A DNA stretch of 64,000 nucleotides, taken from Azolla caroliniana. Its lineage: Eukaryota > Plantae > Polypodiophyta. Shown piece after piece: positions 52,201-64,000 of this stretch. Positions within the stretch are counted from its first letter, which is position 1. Each line of letters begins with the position of its first letter. Where the stretch lies: the NCBI GenBank assembly GCA_043228905.1, contig JBHGNT010000015.1, forward strand, positions 1,736,001 through 1,800,000, read 5' to 3'. The notes beneath the pieces were generated by a model. That model did not search any database. It worked only from the letters and a program-made list of their open reading frames with translations, and was not told where the DNA came from. Both the position numbers and the translations under genes were made by a program.

Positions 52201-55200
52201 TTGACAGCCTTGAATACAAGGCTAAGAAACATCTCCAACTATTCAACATAAGAGTATTTCAATCAGAAAACTTATTCTCTTGAAAGGCATCCATCAAACT
52301 TATGTATTTAGTCATTTGGTATAAGTACCTTTGTAGATTTAGGCAGTGAAGGTGACAGCAAAACTGCATATAGAGCACGATAAAGACGACCACTGACAAT
52401 ATTATTTTTTGCCAACAGCTGATACAGGAGCATAAGTGCTTGTAAACCAACATTGAAGCTCTTGGAATGAACCTATTGAAATAATTCCGAACAAATATTA
52501 CCACATGTTTTATCCAAACCTCCAATCAAATAAGACAATGAATTAATGCAGAGATTCCACAAATGCAAAGCAAACTTAAATTGAAAATGTTTTGTGAATC
52601 AATTCAAAATGTGAAATCATTGAACATTTTGCTATCAATATTGAATCAAGGATCAAACACAATGATCACTACTTCAACAATTAAAAATAAACATGACAAT
52701 AATTACAAATGTTAAATAATAATATATCCTTTCGTTCTTAAGTGGCCCAACAACAATTATATCCCAATGGTCTATTAGCGCCCAGGTAGAAGGCTGAGAA
52801 AGAGATCACAATAGTTAAATTTACATATCTAAATACGAGAAAGAACAAACGATAAATTTGAAACAAGTGTTTATTGTATATTATACATTTAAAAACCAGA
52901 AATTACGGTTTGGAAAGATGTGTCAATTTTCAAGATCACTCTATGAGGTAGCATTTCACCCAAATCAAATCAAATCCAGCAACACATGCTCTCTAAGAGT
53001 TATGAAAGTCTGTACCAGATGTTAAATGATTTAATGAAAACAACATTAATTCACAACAATGACTTTCATCTTTGAGATATACCAGCCGGAAGAGGATAGG
53101 AGTATGCTCTTCAACAAGAACGTCTACATCATCTGCGCCTACATACGGAAAAGCCCTATTAACACCCTGCAAGGGTCTCACAGATAATAACCAGGAAGAC
53201 ACAGTTAGCTTTAAAATGTAATCTAAAATGTTATGCAAAGGATCTTGATTGTAGGAACATAGTAATGAGTAGCATATCCTGAAGATAGAAATATTTAGAA
53301 TTTTTAATCACAAGAGAACTCCCTTACAGTCAAAAGTGCAGATAGAAGACGAGAATCAATCTCCACCGCATCAGCTTCCTCTTCTTCCTCATTATGGCCC
53401 TTTTTCTTTTTTGTATTCTTGTCCTCGGAACTTTTTGATTGAGAAGCGGTTATTACCTAACATGTATCATATCAAAACAGTTTAATATGTCATCTTAATA
53501 TAAGAATACTTATTAATTATCATATCAGAACAGCTTTAAGATAGCACCTAAAAACTAAAGTGGCCCATAAACAAACACAATGATTGCCTACAAAATCCAG
53601 TCGACGCACCTTATAACCCCAAGAACCATGACTTTCTATGCCAGCTTACAGAACCATCAATTACAAAGAAAAAATTCTAAATACAATGAGCTTAAAGAGG
53701 AAAAAATCGATGAAAAAATGCAATAAGAAGGACCGTACACTGAAAATGAGTTGAAAATGAGCAATCAGATCCTCTGTAAGTTTTAGACTATCATTCATTC
53801 TAAATGTTTCATTGCCTTCACCACCTAGGTTATGACCCATATCTTCTTCCCGTTGTTGCTTCATAATCCCAAAATTTACTCAAACCATAATGCTCTCGTG
53901 AACGCTGGGAGCACACAATGTCTTCGGGGGGGAGGGGGGGGATCTGAACATCACTCGTACCTATGGATCAAAGGGTTTTATTCCCCCTCTTCTTCCTATT
54001 CCAAAAACTAATGCATTCAGAAGTACTAGACTTTCTGGAGTCTTGCACATCCTACCTTCCATTCTGTAGCTAACAAAAATTGCACATAATACATGCCTTG
54101 AAGAGAGATAAGTATATATCGATCAAGCGCTTTGCGAGCTTAGGTCCATCTCCTCTATTGCTCAGAACAATTTGATTTAGAAACACTGCCTGTATGAACA
54201 ATCATTAGAAAAAAAATTGTCATGAGTTCATAATATAAGTATGCATCTGATTACATTGAGCATGAAGGTGAAGCTTTAATTGATTAGTGCCATCATGGAG
54301 ATCATGAGTGTAGAATATACAGATACATGTAATAATGAATACATACTTTAACCAGCTACTTCTTTTGCCGTATAACTAACCAATCCGTTTTTATTCATTT
54401 AATTATAATTATTGTACATACTTAGGCCCTGTCCATTAAGTTTCTGCAACTTACTTTCAGGTCTCTAAATGATTATCTTTTAAGCCAATGATGCCAATTG
54501 AAGCCATTAAAAACTTGGGAGATATTACTATCAAAGTATTGTGCATTAGCAATGATCATACCAATGAGGAAGTATTACCGCTTGATATCTGGAGCGTAAA
54601 CTCATACGAGGTCGAAAAAGAAAGGAATCCACCTCCTCGATTACCACCATCTGACATAATATCCATAATAAGTACCAAATATTAGACTGCTTTATATGCA
54701 TACACAAAGCAAACTTCCATTAGGATCAGTAAATACCTTCATATTTGGGTGTGCTGAAAGAAGGCAAGACAGATAATATCCTGCATTTGATGCAATCTTC
54801 CGTTCTGGATCGCCGAGCTACAAAAGATTAGAAGATATTTCAGATTGATTATGATTTCCTACACATATATTGACAAGAGAAGTATATAGAAGCAGTGTAG
54901 TCACTTTGTTCACAAGGGCACAAAGTAGCCTCCTTTCTTGCTCAGGTTTGCTTTTTAGAAGTTCATAAATAGTCTGCAGACATAAATATTCCAAGCTTAA
55001 AAGAATATTCGCCTTTACTTTAAGGACCAATCAATCTCATAGCAAAACAACACAACATCAAAAGTTACCTTTACAGCCTTCTCCTTCAAGAAAGGAAGTT
55101 TGTCTTTTGCTGCTTCATCGAGTGCTTCGACAAATTTCTCATACCTGAGAGGTAAAAGCAGAACCCAGCTCATAAACATGTTTCAGTCAGTAAATATGTA

Positions 55201-58200
55201 TTGAATTCATGAACAGATGTATTGGGTAACAATACACTTATATGATACACCTTAGAAAATAGAAGCATCGTAGATAAATCCAGGAAAAAAACTAGATAGT
55301 ATACCATGGTCATCTCATACAATCCATGTTCATCTATGCAAATTGAACGGCCAATAGGTACACAAAGGGGAAGATACCTATGTTTCAAGCAATCCTCCCA
55401 ATACCATAAAAATAACAATCTGTCTCCTTCATGTGTACTCATTTGAGCCTGCTCCAGATTCTGTTGTGTTAAATACTTAAGCTTCCGATCTGGCAACAGA
55501 CTACCATAGTAACAAATTTATTAGATTGTTCTACAATGCAGAGAAAAAGTATTACACCACCAAGAAAATGTAACTAATAGAAGCAACACATAACATAGTT
55601 TTTCCTAATTTGCTAAGCCTAAGGCAAACCAAATGCTTACAAACCTTGCTGTAAATATTTCTTTTAATGCATCTATGCCCATTGCAGCATGTCTTTTACC
55701 ACCTTTTGAAGTAACCATACCTACAAAGAACTAAGACATTAGCCGAAATAAAATAGTATCTGAATAAGCCAAAATACAAAGATACAAAAGTGAATTTCGA
55801 TGACAAGCTAAATAGGTCACATTCAATACAATAATGTTAGCCACAACATGGCTGGTCATGACCTACAAATACCTGCCTGTATTTTTTTATGAATCTTCCC
55901 CAACCTTTTCAGCCAAACCAGGAAAACCATTGTTGGGAGTTGCATAAAAATGTGTTATGAGGGTCTATAAATAAAATCACGTCCTTCTTATCAACCAACC
56001 ATATGTGATCAACAGATTTCTCCCCCGTTGTATCAGTCTTACATTCTGAATCACTTTTTAGGCTGCCTGGAGTGTTCAACCTGTATATATCTTATCTTCT
56101 CTATTTATTTATTTTGGAGTGATTAACTTACCTTCTCATCAACAATTCTTTCAAGAAACTGTATGACCTGTTGACGAGTTAACTTCTTCTTATAATTATT
56201 ATTATTATTATTATCATCATCATTGAGAAATAGAGACATGTTTAAAATGGCAAAGCCATATGACCAAGTGCCATGCAGATGGCACAATGACACCTGATGA
56301 ACCGTGAAATCTTGCCACACATAACAGCAGATTTGAATCATAAACATAGAAAAATAACGAATGTTCTTATTATTTCTTGTGAAAAATCAGAAAATACTAA
56401 AGAGATTGTTCACCTTTTCTAAGCCCTTTACTGTGGCTTCATTAGGTTCCCCACATAGTTGAATATCTTTTTTAACTTATTTAGTATTTACAACTGTAAC
56501 TAGGAAACGATAAGTCATTCAAGTTCTAATGTCCAAAAGCAGGTATAAACTCATGTTAATAGCATCTCTCCGGTACTCAGGAAAAAGGTGGCTTAATTCA
56601 TCAAACGACCAATTGAATTTTTTAACTTAAGAATTAGACACGTTTATAAGGAAACAAAACCCAACAAAAATTGGAGAAGTCCTGCAATTGTGCTAAACGT
56701 TCTGAAGCTCAACAAAATTCCAAGTACTTTCTTATAACTTTTGAACTTGCTATTTCATAACATTTATTTGAAAAAACAATATTTGACAGAAAGAATACAA
56801 AATTTCTGAATTTCCGCTAATAAGTTCCTATAACTCTCACAATTTCTCATTACTTCACACATGAAAAGAAAAGTTGGCTAATCAGCAGAGAAGAGAGTCC
56901 TTAACATAGTGTAACAAGCAATAGAAGAATGCATAACAAGAAAATCTACATGACATTATATCTAGGAATGCGTCTGCGGATTTCATATCACCCTTACAAG
57001 AAACAAAAGAATGTATAGAAAACAATAAGTTCCAATAACACAAGCCTAGGAGGGAAACTACGCATTTGACATTTCTCTCAAAAATAACAAACAAAACTAG
57101 AAATAGCTAAATACACACAACCCTAGGACAGTATCAACAGTTTTGACATCAACATATCTAGAAATCCCAGAAAAACAATCTCTTCAAACACATACGTAGG
57201 AGGGAAAATCCAATGATTTGGGATAGCTATAAAGAAAATAAAATAAAAAGCTCTAAAAAATACAGACTTAGTACATATGGAATTCAAGAATTGTAGATCA
57301 CCCTCACAACAAGAAATGAAAGTATAGAACACACAGAAGGAAACTCTATAATGAATAAATACCTAGGAGGGAATCCAAGGATTTGAGATTTGCGATCGGA
57401 TCATCTTGCAAAAGAACAGTGAGAGCGGCCACTTTATCTGCTGTTGTTCCTGTTTTCCGAGCAATCATGAGCCATCTCATGTCACTGTCTTTCCCTCTCA
57501 ACTTCTCATACTCTATAGCAGCCTTTTCCATAAATTCTTCACCTTTCCTTTGAGCTTTGTTCACAAGTTCATTCCATTCTTCTCCACCCACACTCTTCTG
57601 ATCTCGTTTTTCATTGTTTCTCACTGATTCAAGCAGTGATTCCAATGCTTCGAACCATGGTGAGGATTTCAGAAGAGAACGTATCTTCGAGAATATCTTC
57701 GAATCCGCTTTAGAAGAAGAGTCTTTCTGGTATTCTAATGTTGATTCTTCATCTGCACTATTCCCATTCGAGGAAAGTTCATTCTTATTTGGTTTCTTCT
57801 TATTGCCAGAGTGAGAAAATTTCACATCTTCCCTTTTTTCTTCATCTCGAGCCTTCTTACCATTGTAAAACTTGTTCTTTGGGAGCTTGTAAGGAGAATT
57901 TTCCTCAGCCTCAGAGAATATTTTCTTCTTCTTATCCTTCTTCTTTAGCTCGAACTTTTCAACACGAAAACTTTCGTCATCTGCTTCAGATAACTTCTCC
58001 TTCCTTTCTTTCTTCTCTTTAGGCTTATCCTTCTTCTTCTTCTTCTTCTCTTCCTTCTCAAGCTTTTCAGCAGGAACATCTTGACTATCAGTTTTGGATG
58101 AACTCTTCTCCTTCCTCACTTTCTTTTCTGATGTCCCAGACTTATTCTGCTTCTGCTTCTTGGATTGGGGCTTGCCATCATCGTCAGGCCGGATGCGGCC

Positions 58201-58332
58201 TGTCTTCCTGAAATCAACATCATTGAATCCACTTCCATCATCACCTCCAGCAGGGGGGAAGCCAAGGCCAGTCAAGAAGGAAGAGACATCAGCTTGGATA
58301 CTCTTTATATCTTCTTTGGCGATGGCAACCAT
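49273..58332 (-). CDS. NOC1: NOC1/MAK21/CEBPZ-family ribosome biogenesis protein (Arabidopsis SWA2/EDA25-like)
   Basis: About 17 exons: 58332-57363, 55720-55645, 55500-55378, 55144-55069, 54973-54905, 54817-54737, ~54650-54579, 54189-54097, ~53456-53328, ~53166-53082, ~52471-52329, ~52238-52149, ~51967-51872, ~51791-51650, ~51350-51252, ~50225-49991, ~49888-49273. Motifs GTTADKVAAL, LLPDRKLK, KPEQERRLL..LVNKLGDP, GVNRAFPY, CBF domain HRDPSF..WWEL..HAHPSV..YTGDPLRDL..FLDRF, acidic tail. Confidence 0.95.
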
Positions 58333-58344
58333 GGCGTGTGTACC

Positions 58345-58610
58345 GTCTCACGTCTTCTTCCTTCCCCTGTCTCTCTTCCTTCCTTCCCCTGTCTCGGTTC
58401 CTTTCTTCTCTCCCTTGTTTCTCTTACTCTTCTTCCGTTGTTTCTGAACCCTTCTTACCCTGTGTGTTCTCTTGCTGCTTCCCCTGTTTCACTTCCTCTG
58501 CTTCCCCTGTTTCTATTCCTTCATCCCCTGTCTCTCTTCCTTCTTCCCCTGTTTCACTTCCTCTGCTTCCCCTGTTTCTGTTCCTCTCCTCTGCTTCCCC
58601 TGTTTCATAA
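58345..58610. repeat. CT-rich tandem repeat (cttcccctgt-type units) immediately 5' of the NOC1 ATG
   Basis: About 9-10 copies of cttcccctgt(t/c)tc, followed by ttaggg motifs at 58615-58670. Confidence 0.8.
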
Positions 58611-58684
58611 ACCCTTAGGGGATGTGTGTGTGTGAATTAGGGTAAACATAGTTTAGAAACATTAGGGTAAATTGTCATAGCCAA

Positions 58685-59200
58685 GTGTATGCCTTGTCTT
58701 GTATATGCCCTATTGTATATGTCGGTCTATCCGTGTTCTGTATCGAGTGTATGTCTTGTATCTGTCCCTTGTGTATCCTGTCGACTGTATCTCCACCTGC
58801 CCATGGCCATGTATGCCTATCGGTGGCCTGTATCGAGTGTATGTCTTGTTGTATCTGTTGTTGTCCCTCTATATCCTGTCGAGTGCCTCTCCACCTACCA
58901 TCGCCTTTGTATGTTTATCGATTTGTATCCGAGCGTATGTCATGTATCTGTCCCTGTGTATCTTGTCGAGTGTATCTCCACCTACCCATGGCCTTGTATG
59001 CCTATCAGTGTTCTGTATCGAGTGTATGTATTGTATCTGTTCCTTGTGTATCCTGTTGATTGTATCTCCACCTGCCATGGCCTTGTATGTCTATCAGTCT
59101 ATATGAAGTATGTTTATCAATCTGTATTGAGTGTGTGTATTGGATCTACCATGTGTATCTTGTCGACTGTATCTCCACTTGCCCTGGTCCACATTAATCT
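58685..59200. repeat. ~90-bp minisatellite upstream of NOC1
   Basis: About 5 units of tgtatcgagtgtatg..tatctgtccc.tgtgtatc.tgtcga.tgtatctccacct.cccatggccttgtatgcctatc. Confidence 0.85.
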
Positions 59201-59419
59201 TTGTCATGGCTTTGCTTTTGTCCCTCAAAGAGAAATCTTCGATGTAGGATGAACACCAAGAGATTGTCAATGCATGACGAATGGCAGGAGATTGTTGATG
59301 AATCAAGGCCGAAATGCTCAAATTGAAAAGAATGGAAGCAAATGCATGGGTAAGTGATATGTTTTAATTGGGCCTTACAACTAGAGTACAAAATTGGAAT
59401 TATAACTTTTGTAGCATTC

Positions 59420-59740
59420 GTGAGATTTTCAACAAGCTCCCAAGTTTAGTTATTAGGTGTATAACCTAACCAACCAACAAAGTAATATGGTTTGTTGTGC
59501 ATAACTTTGAAGTCCGAAAGGGTTTTCATTTTCACCTCATACTCTAGATCATCAACAATCTCAACAAAAGGTGGACGAAACAACCTAGAATGGAGCTTAG
59601 AGTATGATTCCCAAAGTAATGCATGGACTACATGGAGAAGTGTATGAAGGGGAGATAGGGACAAAACACAACATCATTGGTTTGGTAAGTGATAACGTAT
59701 GGACCAAGGCATTGTTAATCCAACCTGTTGCAAGGCAAGT
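59420..59740 (-). mobile_element. Chromovirus integrase C-terminus / chromodomain remnant
   Basis: PPFVEIVDDLEYEV...PYYFVGWLGY resembles the chromodomain at 8130-8300. Confidence 0.6.
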
Positions 59741-59839
59741 GGTCTTTATGTTACTTCATAATAGCCATTCACGACCTCCAACTCGAAACTTAAACCTTCT
59801 TCAAGAGGATGATGATCTGTGAAATTCTTGTGTGGTTTA

Positions 59840-60150
59840 AGTAGTATATAAATGGTGGGAAGACACAAATTGAACCTCTTGGATTTGAAGTAAGCAATTT
59901 TCAACAACGAGATTTTTTGAGATTTCCAAACGTTCAATCGTTGTCCAATAGGGATTACATCTCATGTTGGGAAATAATGGATTATATCTCAATCATATTT
60001 GTAAGCACACACCCCCACTCCCTATTGTCATTTCTCTAAAGCCTCACCTAAAACTCCTTATATAAACCTATCCACCCCTAATGGTCATTTTAGCATTGAT
60101 GAGCCCCATAGGGGGCGAAACTAGTTTGCTCGTGGCCATTCCCATTTACC
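59840..60150 (+). mobile_element. Penelope-like element 3' remnant (GIY-YIG C-terminus plus pLTR)
   Basis: Frameshifted WEDT..LGFE..NFQQR and NNGLYLNHICK resemble the end of a PLE endonuclease, followed by a hammerhead. Confidence 0.5.
60081..60139 (+). ncRNA. Minimal type-I hammerhead ribozyme (degenerate)
   Basis: agca-TTGATGA-gcccc(atag)ggggc-GAA-ACTAGT-T-tgct. Stems I and II pair perfectly, stem III is palindromic, and an outer extension atggtca / tggccat is present. Confidence 0.72.
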
Positions 60151-61362
60151 CCATCTCATTTTAAACCCTCTCTTAATGAAAATTAGTTTTGCTTTTAATC
60201 TCTCTCTCTCAAGCTTATGGGTATGTTTTAATCTTTTTTAGTGTTTTAATCTTATGTAGAGTTTATTATTAGTGTTTGATTCCTCATCTCCCTCTCCCCT
60301 CCCCTTATCTCTTCTAATCCTCGCTTACACCAAGTTATGTCTACGATTCGGGTGCGCTCAAATCGTTCTTAGTGGTTTCGTCTCCCTCTCTCCTCCATAG
60401 TCATTCCTTTCCCATCTTGGCCTATCTACAACCCACCGATGTTTTCACCGTTCCGCATTCCTTGTACCGGCCGGAAGGTCAACAAAAATACAAAATTATT
60501 GTAAACGAACTTTATGAAGATCATCTTATTGGTAATTGATGAACCGACAAAGCTATTGCTCAAATGTTTGATTTTTACATTTGATTTAACTATCAATGTC
60601 TCAACAATACCTTGAAAAGACTTTGAAATCAATCTAAAGGAGTCCAAGCAATTGTTCCAAAACTTAGAGATGAATTGCTACCCTCAATCATCGATGATGT
60701 CATCTAGAATATCAAGATCCCTAAACACTTTGCATATAAGTAGATCATGTGTCCCCTGACTATATGATGGTCTTTGAGCATGAAAAAAATGTATCATCTT
60801 AATGGAACGATGAACCAACAAATGATTTGGAATGTTGAATGAATCCATTTTCTGAATTCTCTTCTATATATTTTCAAAGAATCGTAATCTCTTATGATGC
60901 TAGGTTATAAATTGGTTCCCACCATGACTTTTTTCTTGGTTGAAGCTCTATTGGATACTAGCCTTTTCTTGGTTGAGCATACGAGCCTTTTTCCTTATCA
61001 AATACCTTTTTGAAATCTTTATACTTGGTTGGAAGTAAGTATTTGTCATTTTGTGGAGAAATTGTTGAGATTTGATAGCACATTGAACTTGAGTTTGTAA
61101 CAATTGGGAAATCATATGCGTTGTTTCTAGATTTGAGGATTGCTCGTTTTCTCCGATCAACCTTTGGATTGTGAAGCTCAAAGTAGGGTAGACCAAGGAC
61201 AACTAGATACTTAGGACTACGGATTATATTAAATCAAATCACATAAGCTAGATTACCAAGAACTACATGAACTCACTCAAACTCTTTGGTTTGTTAGAAA
61301 TAAAGGGCCATCATGTCTTTTACTAGTGCATGGCTGTGAACACGCCCTTAGCACCCTTTAAC

Positions 61363-61406
<44 letters not shown>

Positions 61407-61529
61407 AAAGGGGTGGCACCCAAGGAAAGAAAGATTGCACATTTCTTTATCCCTGCCTTTGCCTTTCCAATCTTTTGTATGTCAATGCTACACTAATCTA
61501 TTCATAACTCCTATCTAACTAGTACCGAA

Positions 61530-61860
61530 ACAAGCGATAGTCGGCATGATAGGTCATGTTTTTAGAGCAAGCAAAAATCAACACGACAAAACGACATTTC
61601 CAAAGTAGACAACAACCAATGCGAGAGATCACGTTTTCAGAGTAGATGACAAACAACATGATAATCATGGATTCAAAACAAGCAATAGTCGACATGACAT
61701 GTCACATTTTTAGAGCATGTGACAGGCAACACGATAGGTCACGTTTCAGAGCAGGTGACAATGAACGCAAAAGGTCATATTTTTAGAGTATCCAATAGTT
61801 AACGCGATAGTCACATTTTTTAGTTGTGCAATTCAGTACATGTCAACGTAGGTAGGAGAT
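61530..61860 (+). repeat. Degenerate ~44-bp tandem repeat upstream of Copia coding remnants
   Basis: Units like cgacatgataggtcacgttttcagagcaagcgatagt, about 7 copies. Confidence 0.7.
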
Positions 61861-62409
61861 CAACAAGGGGATACAACATTCACCATGGGTAGGAGATCAA
61901 CAATAGGCTATAGTTCATCATGTTTTGCCCACACGTAGGCTTTTTGTGAGCAAGCCCCTTACACACTAATAGAAGTAAGCTCACAAGTTTTGGGCCTAGA
62001 TTTGCTTAATATTTTGGTCATTTTCCTTTTGCTATAAATTATGGTTGGCAATAAGGATATCAACCATCTCATGCACATCGAGAAACTTGAGGGCGCACAC
62101 AAATTTGATGTGGAAAAAGCAATGTTATAATATTTGATTGTAGAAGAAGCAATCAAATTCAATCAAGGGCAAAGAAGTAAAGCCTATGTCATAAAGATGG
62201 CTAAGGGGGTGGGTGTTGATTGGGTAGGAAATTTGTGAGTTGCAAATACGAAGGAGGTGGGCAAATAGCAAAGGAATTATGAGACAGGGAGATGAGGTGT
62301 GCATGAGGAAATATTGGGGGAGGGCGGAAGGTGTGGGGAAAAGAAAGAAATATCAACCCGACTACGTTGAGGTTGGAGACGACACTATTCATTCGATACA
62401 GTAGGTCGG

Positions 62410-64000
62410 CAATGTGTTATCCAACAAAGAAGGCAACCAAACATATATCAAAAACATATTGCATGTTCCAACTATAATGAAGAACTTGGTCTCAATCGAC
62501 CAAATTGTGGAGCAATGCATGCAAGTTCACTTCAATCACGAAGGTTTCTTCATTGAGAAAGAGGGCCGACTCATTGCTCACGGACGAAGAGAGGGCAGAG
62601 TGTTCATTCTCGACTCATAGGAGGTGAAATCGACCATGTTTGCAAAGGGTCTTAAAGCTGACTTGAACATAAAATTGTGGCATAAAAGGATCGGCCACAT
62701 CAACTATCAAGAGCTCAAAGGAATGCAGTCAAAAGGAGTTGTCATATTGGACTATCGACCTTTACAAAGAAGGAAATTTCTGGAGTGTGTGAAGCTTGCC
62801 AATTTGGCAAGCAATATCGGTACCTGTTTCTGAAGGAGAGAAATGTAAGCAAAGGCCTCCTAGACATAATTCACTCAGAAGTGTGGGGTCCAGTTTAGAC
62901 AACAACATTCAGAGGATGTCGTTATAATATCACCTTCGTTGAAGACTTCTCTAGACAAACATGGATCTTCCCCATGCGACAAAAGAGTGAAGTGTTCTTA
63001 CACTTCCAAAAATTTAAAAGCAGAGTTGAAAAGGAAACCGACCGGCATGTACGATGTCTTCGGTCAAACAGAGGCAAAGAATACGTCTCTGGTGCTTTCA
63101 TAGCATACCTTCGATAAGAAGGAATTTGGTGGGAGTTTACTTGCCGACATACACCTCAACAAAATGGAGTAGTTGAAAGAAAAAATCGGCACATCCTCGA
63201 GGTGGCTAGGGCGATGATGAACAGGAAAAACTTGCCTAAATTGTATTAGGCTGAAGCGGCAAATACTATCGTATACCTAATGAACCAGTGCACAACATCC
63301 GGAGTGCATGACCTAACCTATGTCGTGACATAACCCCCCCACGAGAGGTATTATGAAAGAAAGTCGGATCTATCCCATTTACTGATATTAGGCATTATTG
63401 CATACATGCACATTCCTGATGAAAAGCGGTAGAAGCTTGATCCGAAATCAAAGACTTGCATCCTTGTGGGATACTCACTTGAACAAAAGAGGTACAAATG
63501 CTTTAACCCATCTACCCGAAAATTTCGTGTGAGTTTGGACATTGTATTCGACGAATCGACATCCTGGTACATAACTGACTCAACTCCATCCAAACTAGTT
63601 GCGGCCGATTTCAACATAGACTCAAAGGAAGACGATCGACTAAGGCTTATACTAGAGGAAAGTCCAAGCTCAACCAGTCTGAGTGGACCTCAAGAGCCTC
63701 TGAGCAATCACATCACGTCACGACCAAGTCCAAAATCGGACAAAGGGAAGGCCAAAAGGCTTGAATACGAGGATGACCAACCCGACGGAAACCAATCGGC
63801 TCACTCACTAGACAATGAGTATGGTGAATTTGATGTGCCCATCACGAGAACATCCGGAGTGAAGAAAGCATTTGCAGGAACAGATAAAAAACTCTGACGT
63901 TCCAATCGAGAGAAGAACCCAGTCAGTCGATTACCGACTATATGGCATATCATTATGCCTTTATGATGAAGGTGGTGACCATTCGGGAGCTAGAGAGTTT
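62410..64000 (+). mobile_element. Decayed Ty1/copia pol (protease end, GAG-pre-integrase, integrase), truncated by the window edge
   Basis: IKNILHVPTIMKNLVS, LWHKRIGHIN, IHSEVWGP, TPQQNGVVERKNRH, KLDPKSKTCILVGYS..YKCFNP. Multiple stops. Confidence 0.9.

Noticed and set aside
56290-56320. CTGATGA..GAAA in a NOC1 intron
   Set aside because: Stem II has at most 1 bp and stems I and III cannot form.
58685-59252. Cys-rich ORFs, or a CRISPR-like periodic array
   Set aside because: Tandem minisatellite with no unique spacers, no cas genes, and a eukaryotic context.

Overview
AT-rich eukaryotic nuclear DNA from a land plant. The mix of Tcn1-type chromoviruses, L1 LINEs and a Penelope-like remnant suggests a seed-free plant such as a fern (inference). 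There are four intact spliced genes: an ABCG26-type half-size ABC transporter (+, 13632-18207), an Alfin-like PHD protein (+, 37702-41139), an unassigned ~279-aa multi-TM protein (-, 45073-46305) and a NOC1/CEBPZ (SWA2/EDA25-like) ribosome biogenesis factor (-, 49273-58332). They sit among nested, decayed transposons: a full-length Ty3/gypsy chromovirus (988-8790) with a foldback insertion, a TIR DNA transposon, a long L1 LINE carrying LTR/MITE/SINE insertions, and a Copia element running off the right end. Most notable: a minimal type-I hammerhead ribozyme next to a Penelope-like endonuclease remnant (~60.1 kb), a self-priming signature and heat-shock-element arrays in the chromovirus LTRs, different tandem arrays at the 5' ends of three genes, and an in-frame upstream ORF of ABCG26. 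All calls come from reading the sequence by eye; no database searches were run, and exon coordinates may be off by a few bases.
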